This document shows, in pieces, positions 59,500 through 64,000 of a stretch of 64,000 nt of DNA. This DNA comes from a bacterium (GTDB lineage: Bacteria; Hinthialibacterota; Hinthialibacteria; Hinthialibacterales; Hinthialibacteraceae). Where the stretch lies: the NCBI GenBank assembly GCA_963663405.2, contig CAXXSM010000150.1, forward strand, positions 1 through 64,000. Direction: 5' to 3'. The stretch's first letter is position 1, and every line of letters begins with the position of its first letter. A program made the translations under genes and the position numbers. The notes beneath the pieces were generated by a model, which did not search any database, was not told the DNA's origin, and saw nothing but the letters and a program-made list of their open reading frames with translations.

Positions 59500-60129
59500 T
59501 CAAAAACAGGACACAAAGGATATCTGTTTCTCTTTCGCGATTTCTTCCACTTGCGCGAGTTCATCATTCTTGTCGGTATGAGAGGCTAACGAGAGGAGTA
59601 AATCCGCCGAACCGTTTTTCCGCAGCCAATCCAGATTGTAAATCGAATGATCCACACAGCGTTTTCCCTCATTTTTAGGATCGACAATGCCTACTAACTC
59701 CATCCGCAGTTCCCGCACGGCGAGATAGGCCAGTTCCGCGACTTCCCCGCTCCCATAAAAAATGACTCGCTTCTTGTTTTGCGCGGCGAAAGGACGCATG
59801 GCCTCATTGGCTTTCCGGCGCACTTCGCGGATGTATTGAAACGAATACTCTAAAAATTCATACGTCAGCCGGGCTTTTTCTTTAATTCCGCTTGGTGTCA
59901 ACAAATAGCGCAGCCGTCTTCTTTCCAGCTGTTTCGTCTTGACATATCCTTTATAAATTACCCGCTTCAGATATGAATTCACCAAACCCACCGCCACGCC
60001 AAGGCGGGTCGCCAAGTCTTTTTGGGTGGTGTCCGGCTCATCAGAGATCGCTTTGAGAAGATTGAGGATCATCTCCTCATCGCGGTCCATAACGCCGTTT
60101 TCGTCTCTGGTTTGGGAAGGATTTTTCAT
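59500..60129 (-). CDS. MarR-type (EPS-associated) winged-helix regulator with C-terminal Rossmann-like domain
   Basis: TQKDLA.RLGVAVGLVNSYLKR...KGY, YLLTPSG..EKARLT; YGSGEVAE. Confidence 0.88.
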   Translation of the reverse strand: MKNPSQTRDENGVMDRDEEMILNLLKAISDEPDTTQKDLATRLGVAVGLVNSYLKRVIYKGYVKTKQLERRRLRYLLTPSGIKEKARLTYEFLEYSFQYIREVRRKANEAMRPFAAQNKKRVIFYGSGEVAELAYLAVRELRMELVGIVDPKNEGKRCVDHSIYNLDWLRKNGSADLLLSLASHTDKNDELAQVEEIAKEKQISFVSCF

Positions 60130-60150
60130 AATAATGAAGTATTCAGGCAG

Positions 60151-60168
60151 GCTTCGCCCCCGTCAGCG
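60151..60168 (-). promoter_or_regulatory. ops-like element in the leader of the glycan operon
   Basis: Minus strand CGCTGACGGGGGCGAAGC about 20 nt before the start; resembles ops GGGCGGTAGC. Confidence 0.35.
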
Positions 60169-60315
60169 GTCCTTTTTCAAGGCGCGGAAAGGGAAAATTT
60201 AGATCTATTCGATCAGAATCAAGGATCTATATTGACTCCTAAATCCTTATATATCAAATCATTAAATCATGAAACTAGCATAATTTCAAAATTTAAAATT
60301 CAATATATGATTTTT

Positions 60316-60344
60316 ATCATATAAAGAATCCAATCCCCTGTCAA
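60316..60344 (-). promoter_or_regulatory. Sigma70-type promoter of the glycan operon
   Basis: Minus strand TTGACA-N17-TATGAT, giving a leader of about 180 nt. Confidence 0.7.
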
Positions 60345-60599
60345 GTAAAAAAAGAAAGAAAATTAAAATAAATTTTAAAAACGAAGCCGGATAAAAAACT
60401 GGAACTAGATTATCCCCAATGGAGGATAAAATATCGTCATTGGGAGATGATTCCACCTGTACGCTGGTATCGTTCAGTCCATTCTGGGGATAGAACACCG
60501 CTGAAATTCGTGTATATTTGGCCTTGCCTTCTCTCTTGAATCAAAAAGTAAATACGCTGAATAAAACGGTCTAAAATCGAATGTGTATTGGAGGTATGA

Positions 60600-60989
60600 A
60601 TGATGGAGAACCGGCTCCCGCCACCGGACGAGATCGACAAGGACGAACGGGTATGGGCGGCGTTTTGTCATCTATCCGCGTTTAGCGTTTTTCTCCTATT
60701 TGGCTTTGGTCATATTGTCGGACCGCTCGCATTTTGGCTTCTAAAACGGCAGGAATCGACGTTTCTTGATGAACAAGGGAAAGAGGCGGTCAATTTTCAA
60801 ATCAGTATATCCATCTATTTCCTCGTCAGCGCAATGGCCGCTTTTCTTATTTTCTCTTCCGGATTTGTGGTGATTTTATTGCTGGGAGTGATGTGGGCCT
60901 TATTCTGGTTTATTTCGGTTATTTTCGCCGCGGTTAAAGCCAACGATGGGGGGCTTTACCGCTATTATCTCTGCATTCGTTTTTTATAA
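60600..60989 (+). CDS. DUF4870 domain membrane protein
   Basis: ER.WAAFCHLS, GPL.FWL.K...S.FLD.QGKEAVNFQIS, AAVKANDG..YRY..IRF. Confidence 0.9.
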   Translation: MMENRLPPPDEIDKDERVWAAFCHLSAFSVFLLFGFGHIVGPLAFWLLKRQESTFLDEQGKEAVNFQISISIYFLVSAMAAFLIFSSGFVVILLLGVMWALFWFISVIFAAVKANDGGLYRYYLCIRFL

Positions 60990-61051
60990 CTTTTAATTCG
61001 CTAATATTACAATGGAGGGCGGGCGTCCCGCCCGCAAAAAATCCCCCCCTC

Positions 61052-62251
61052 TCACTCTTCCCCCCTTCGGTGACGAATCACTAAGTCTAACAAAAAATTG
61101 ATAGCGGCGACAGCCAAGGTTTGTAATCCCGCCAGAACAAGAAGCGCCCCCACAGCGATGTATGTCCAAGGATAACCCGTGATTTCTCCACTCGTTAGAT
61201 ATTCCCGAAGAGGATTGATATTGATAGCGATCCCAGCGAATAGACTCAGAAATCCAACAGGAGCCAGCCATTTTAAAAGACGCTGGTACAACGGTGTGCG
61301 GGTAGAAACACAATTATGGAAAATATACACGATTCGATGGGCCAACACACCAGCGCCGGTGAGCGTCAATCCTCCAATAAAGAACGCGGTGAGCGCCAAC
61401 ATGCGGTAGATACGATCATCGGGAACTTTCCCTGGCCGGAACGCGTCGGCGATTAAACCAGGCGCGTACACTGCGCAGGCTAAAAACAAGAGACACGACA
61501 CTGAACCGAAAAAGAGCAACGGACGGTAGATTAACGCCATTTCCAGAATAACCAGCAAAAACCGGATGCCATCCTGGAGAACGCTCAGCTTGGATTCTCC
61601 GATTCTCTCCGCATACGGCATGGGAGCTTCGCAAAGCGTCAATTCGGGATGAAACAACACGCGGGATGACATCGCCGGGGTGAAGTGAAGACCGTCGGGT
61701 AGAGGGTAGAGTTTCGGCAGCGATTCCGTTTTCATCACCCGCATACCACTGGCGGTATCGATAATTTTTTGCCCGGATAGAGTTCCAAGTAGAAACGCAT
61801 AAATGTTATTCCCCAACCGCCGCACAAAGGGTATTTCACTTTGTGGACCGAGCCGCGAACCGAGAACCACATCGGCGTCCGCCTCTTTCTGCTTGTTGCA
61901 AAGGGTAGAGAAAAAGAGGGGATCACACGTGCCATCCGCGTCAAGAAAACCAACAAGAGTTGTGTTGCTTACCCGGAATCCATACTTGATTGCGGCCCCG
62001 TAACCTTTGTTCTTTTCATGCTGAAGCAGTGTAATCTCTGGAACGTATTTCGAAGCGAGTTCATAGGTCCGGTCGCGGGAACCATCATCAACGACGATGA
62101 CACGAATCTGTTCCAGTTGTGTTTCTTGGGCGATCGTTTCCCGCGCGTCAAGACAACGCTGAATGATCGATTCAATCGCCTGCTCTTCGTTATAAGCGGG
62201 AATCACAATCGTGAGTCCGTTTTCCAATGAACTATGAGTTGTATTCTCCAT
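61052..62251 (-). CDS. GT2 polyprenol-phosphate glycosyltransferase-like protein with C-terminal TM helices
   Basis: VIPAYNEE, VDDGS.D, N.GYGAA, DADG, D.ASGMR, R.GESKL; start taken at MENTT (62251). Confidence 0.88.
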   Translation of the reverse strand: MENTTHSSLENGLTIVIPAYNEEQAIESIIQRCLDARETIAQETQLEQIRVIVVDDGSRDRTYELASKYVPEITLLQHEKNKGYGAAIKYGFRVSNTTLVGFLDADGTCDPLFFSTLCNKQKEADADVVLGSRLGPQSEIPFVRRLGNNIYAFLLGTLSGQKIIDTASGMRVMKTESLPKLYPLPDGLHFTPAMSSRVLFHPELTLCEAPMPYAERIGESKLSVLQDGIRFLLVILEMALIYRPLLFFGSVSCLLFLACAVYAPGLIADAFRPGKVPDDRIYRMLALTAFFIGGLTLTGAGVLAHRIVYIFHNCVSTRTPLYQRLLKWLAPVGFLSLFAGIAININPLREYLTSGEITGYPWTYIAVGALLVLAGLQTLAVAAINFLLDLVIRHRRGEE

Positions 62252-62441
62252 ACTCCATCCAAATCCAATCAACTTTTCATCCCATGGGGATTCTCTTGTT
62301 TGTATACAGAACGATACCCATACCAATAGGTTACGAATATATGGAGGGAGTATAGCTCGAATCGTGGTTTGGGGGAATGTGGAGTGGAACATGCGGTAGG
62401 ATGTTTTATAAAGAGCGCTGTTTGAATCGAGAAAGAAAACG

Positions 62442-62471
62442 TTTACAAAAAAACTCGAGATATGATAAAAT
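62442..62471 (+). promoter_or_regulatory. Putative sigma70 promoter of the prepilin pair
   Basis: TTTACA-N18-TAAAAT with a TG extension. Confidence 0.45.
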
Positions 62472-62521
62472 TGAACGTGTGAGGGGAAATCCAGAATAAA
62501 ATAATCAAAAGGAAATGTAAA

Positions 62522-63064
62522 ATGAAACAAAGCGCGTTCACTCTGATCGAGCTTCTCATCGTGGTAGCGATCATCGGAATCTTAGCGGCGATCGCCGTTC
62601 CGAATTTCCTTGGCGCCCGCCTCCGCGCGCAAGTCGCCAAAGCGCATGCGGAAATGAATACATTCGTCACAGCGACGGAGATGTATCGTATGGATAATGG
62701 GGAGTATTTTCCTCATAACCACACCCCTTGGCAGAATAAATATCTGACAACACCTATCGCCTACGTTACCTCGGTACCTACCGATCCCTTTCAGAAAGGC
62801 CCGGGCCGAACGGAAGAACAATACTCATTTAATGAATACCATAGAGATCCCATCTGGTATCCCGACGGTACTCTCTGGTTGAATTATCACGAAAGACACC
62901 GTCAAAGCGAAGAAAATATGTCCCGCGCAGAACGGGGACGGCCTTGGGCATACGAACTATGGAGCGTCGGTCCCAATGGAATTGTAGACCAACCGGCTTT
63001 TATCTATTATGAAATGACCAATGGACTTTCCAGCGATGGTATGATTGTCTGGGTTCGCCCCTGA
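62522..63064 (+). CDS. Prepilin-type N-terminal cleavage/methylation protein (GspG-like)
   Basis: A-FTLIELLIVVAIIGILAAIAVPNF; LTTPIAY..VP.DPF; WSVGPNG; Y..TNGL.S.G.I. Confidence 0.9.
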   Translation: MKQSAFTLIELLIVVAIIGILAAIAVPNFLGARLRAQVAKAHAEMNTFVTATEMYRMDNGEYFPHNHTPWQNKYLTTPIAYVTSVPTDPFQKGPGRTEEQYSFNEYHRDPIWYPDGTLWLNYHERHRQSEENMSRAERGRPWAYELWSVGPNGIVDQPAFIYYEMTNGLSSDGMIVWVRP

Positions 63065-63121
63065 TTTGTTAAGAGCAAGTATTTCACAGGATTACTGGGT
63101 AAGAAAAAGGAAAAGAAGTAG

Positions 63122-63766
63122 ATGAAACACCGTGGATTTACTCTAATTGAACTCCTGATTGTAGTGGCGATCATAGGCATCTTGGCGGCGATCGCTGTGC
63201 CCAATTTTTTAAACGCCCAAGTCCGAGCGAAAGTGGCGCGGGCGCGGAGCGATCTGCGCAATCTCTGCGTAGCGCTCGATAGTTATCAACTCGATCGAAA
63301 TCAATTCCCCTGGCCTCTCCTCGGCGGAAATACAATCAACGTAGTCTACGAACTCACTACGCCCGTATCCTATATCTCCAGCGTCGATTTGGAAGATCCT
63401 TTCGCCCCGAAAGAAATGATTGAATACATGCGGGATCAAGGCCAGAATGTCTTTGACAGCTATGTCTATGTGAATTATCGCGGGCGGTGGGGACAAAGCG
63501 AATGCGCTGGACGGTATGGCGTACCCCTCTCCGATTGCCCACGAGGCTATGGGATGAAATCACTCGGTCCCGACGGAGAAAACACGGGGGGCGTCCACTG
63601 GCCACTCGAGATGAAACTCAAAGGGGGAGAAGTCACCCCCGGCAACGCCTTCGTCACCCCCGGTATGCACGCCAATGACCGGCTTTACAATCCCTCCAAC
63701 GGCCTAAACAGCATCGGAGACATCATCCGCTTTGGTGGAGAATTGGCAGGATCACAGGGGGGGTGA
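63122..63766 (+). CDS. Prepilin-type N-terminal cleavage/methylation protein (GspG-like)
   Basis: G-FTLIELLIVVAIIGILAAIAVPNF; LTTPVSY...DPF; SLGPDG; YNPSNGL.S.GDI. Confidence 0.9.
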   Translation: MKHRGFTLIELLIVVAIIGILAAIAVPNFLNAQVRAKVARARSDLRNLCVALDSYQLDRNQFPWPLLGGNTINVVYELTTPVSYISSVDLEDPFAPKEMIEYMRDQGQNVFDSYVYVNYRGRWGQSECAGRYGVPLSDCPRGYGMKSLGPDGENTGGVHWPLEMKLKGGEVTPGNAFVTPGMHANDRLYNPSNGLNSIGDIIRFGGELAGSQGG

Positions 63767-63781
63767 AGTTGGAAATTCTTA

Positions 63782-64000
63782 TCAATTTTTTGAAAGCAAC
63801 AGTTTTAAAACATTATTACTCTCATTAATCTCTTTCACTTCATCACCCGGATCAACATCAATCCGAAAAAACTGCCCTAAAAGTTCTTCCGGGATTTCAA
63901 TCTCAGCAGCAATCGATTTTGGGATTAAATCAAGTGGCGCTTTTAAATCCTTCATCTCGATCGTTTTTTCCCAACCGTTTTGAGTCGCAATCCGGATTGA
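63782..64000 (-). CDS. C-terminal end of a CARDB-domain protein (partial)
   Basis: Manual translation ...RIDVDPGDEVKEINESNNVLKLLLSKN*; DP...V.E.NESNN is the CARDB signature. Confidence 0.65.
   Translation of the reverse strand, partial: SIRIATQNGWEKTIEMKDLKAPLDLIPKSIAAEIEIPEELLGQFFRIDVDPGDEVKEINESNNVLKLLLSKN

Noticed and set aside
61017-61035. GC-rich hairpin GGGCGGGCGTCCCGCCCGC between convergent genes
   Set aside because: No U-tract follows it on either strand and there is one copy; possible REP but unsupported.
62252-62530. 93-aa N-terminal extension of the GT2 in the ORF track
   Set aside because: It spans the divergent promoter region and overlaps the prepilin start; the GT2 domain begins just after MENTT.
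62522-63766. Diversity-generating retroelement acting on the prepilins
   Set aside because: No reverse transcriptase and no near-identical template/variable repeat pair differing at adenines in the window.

Overview
Bacterial chromosomal window of moderate GC content. The GspG-like prepilin paralogues and BlaI/M56 fusion recall Sumerlaeota/Hinthialibacterota-type candidate phyla, but that placement is an impression only. Layout: (1) 1-7.4 kb: a BlaI/M56-Kelch pair, a hidden FG-GAP gene relic, a cupredoxin-PQQ dehydrogenase fusion, and an operon of a DUF2946/CruR-like CxxC...RGPP leader, a His-rich beta-propeller and a prepilin. (2) 7.5-14.8 kb: tandem MBL hydrolase, BrnT TA pair, Zn-ADH, NCS1 permease, RsbT-PAS protein and a lipoprotein. 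(3) 15.2-27.5 kb: flagellar operon fliL-fliM-fliY-fliN-like-fliO-fliP-fliQ-fliR-flhB-flhA-flhF-flhG. (4) 27.5-36.2 kb: AT-rich protease and LRR genes, secreted hypotheticals, DinJ-YafQ, crcB-DUF190. (5) 36.2-60.1 kb, minus strand: a surface-glycan locus with two NeuB, two NeuC, one NeuA, SqdB plus a degenerate SqdB paralogue, two atypical FAH-fold genes, an ABC flippase and glycosyltransferases, headed by a MarR-EPS regulator. (6) 60.6-64 kb: DUF4870, a GT2, two more prepilins and a partial CARDB protein. The most striking signal is a short terminal tag (S/T-rich, then W-x-[LF]-[YLV]) on four unrelated exported proteins and one gene relic, a candidate undescribed C-terminal sorting signal that may be linked to the prepilin paralogues. 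Five genes are split by single-base indels in homopolymers, most likely assembly errors. No rRNA, tRNA, CRISPR array or transposase was recognised.
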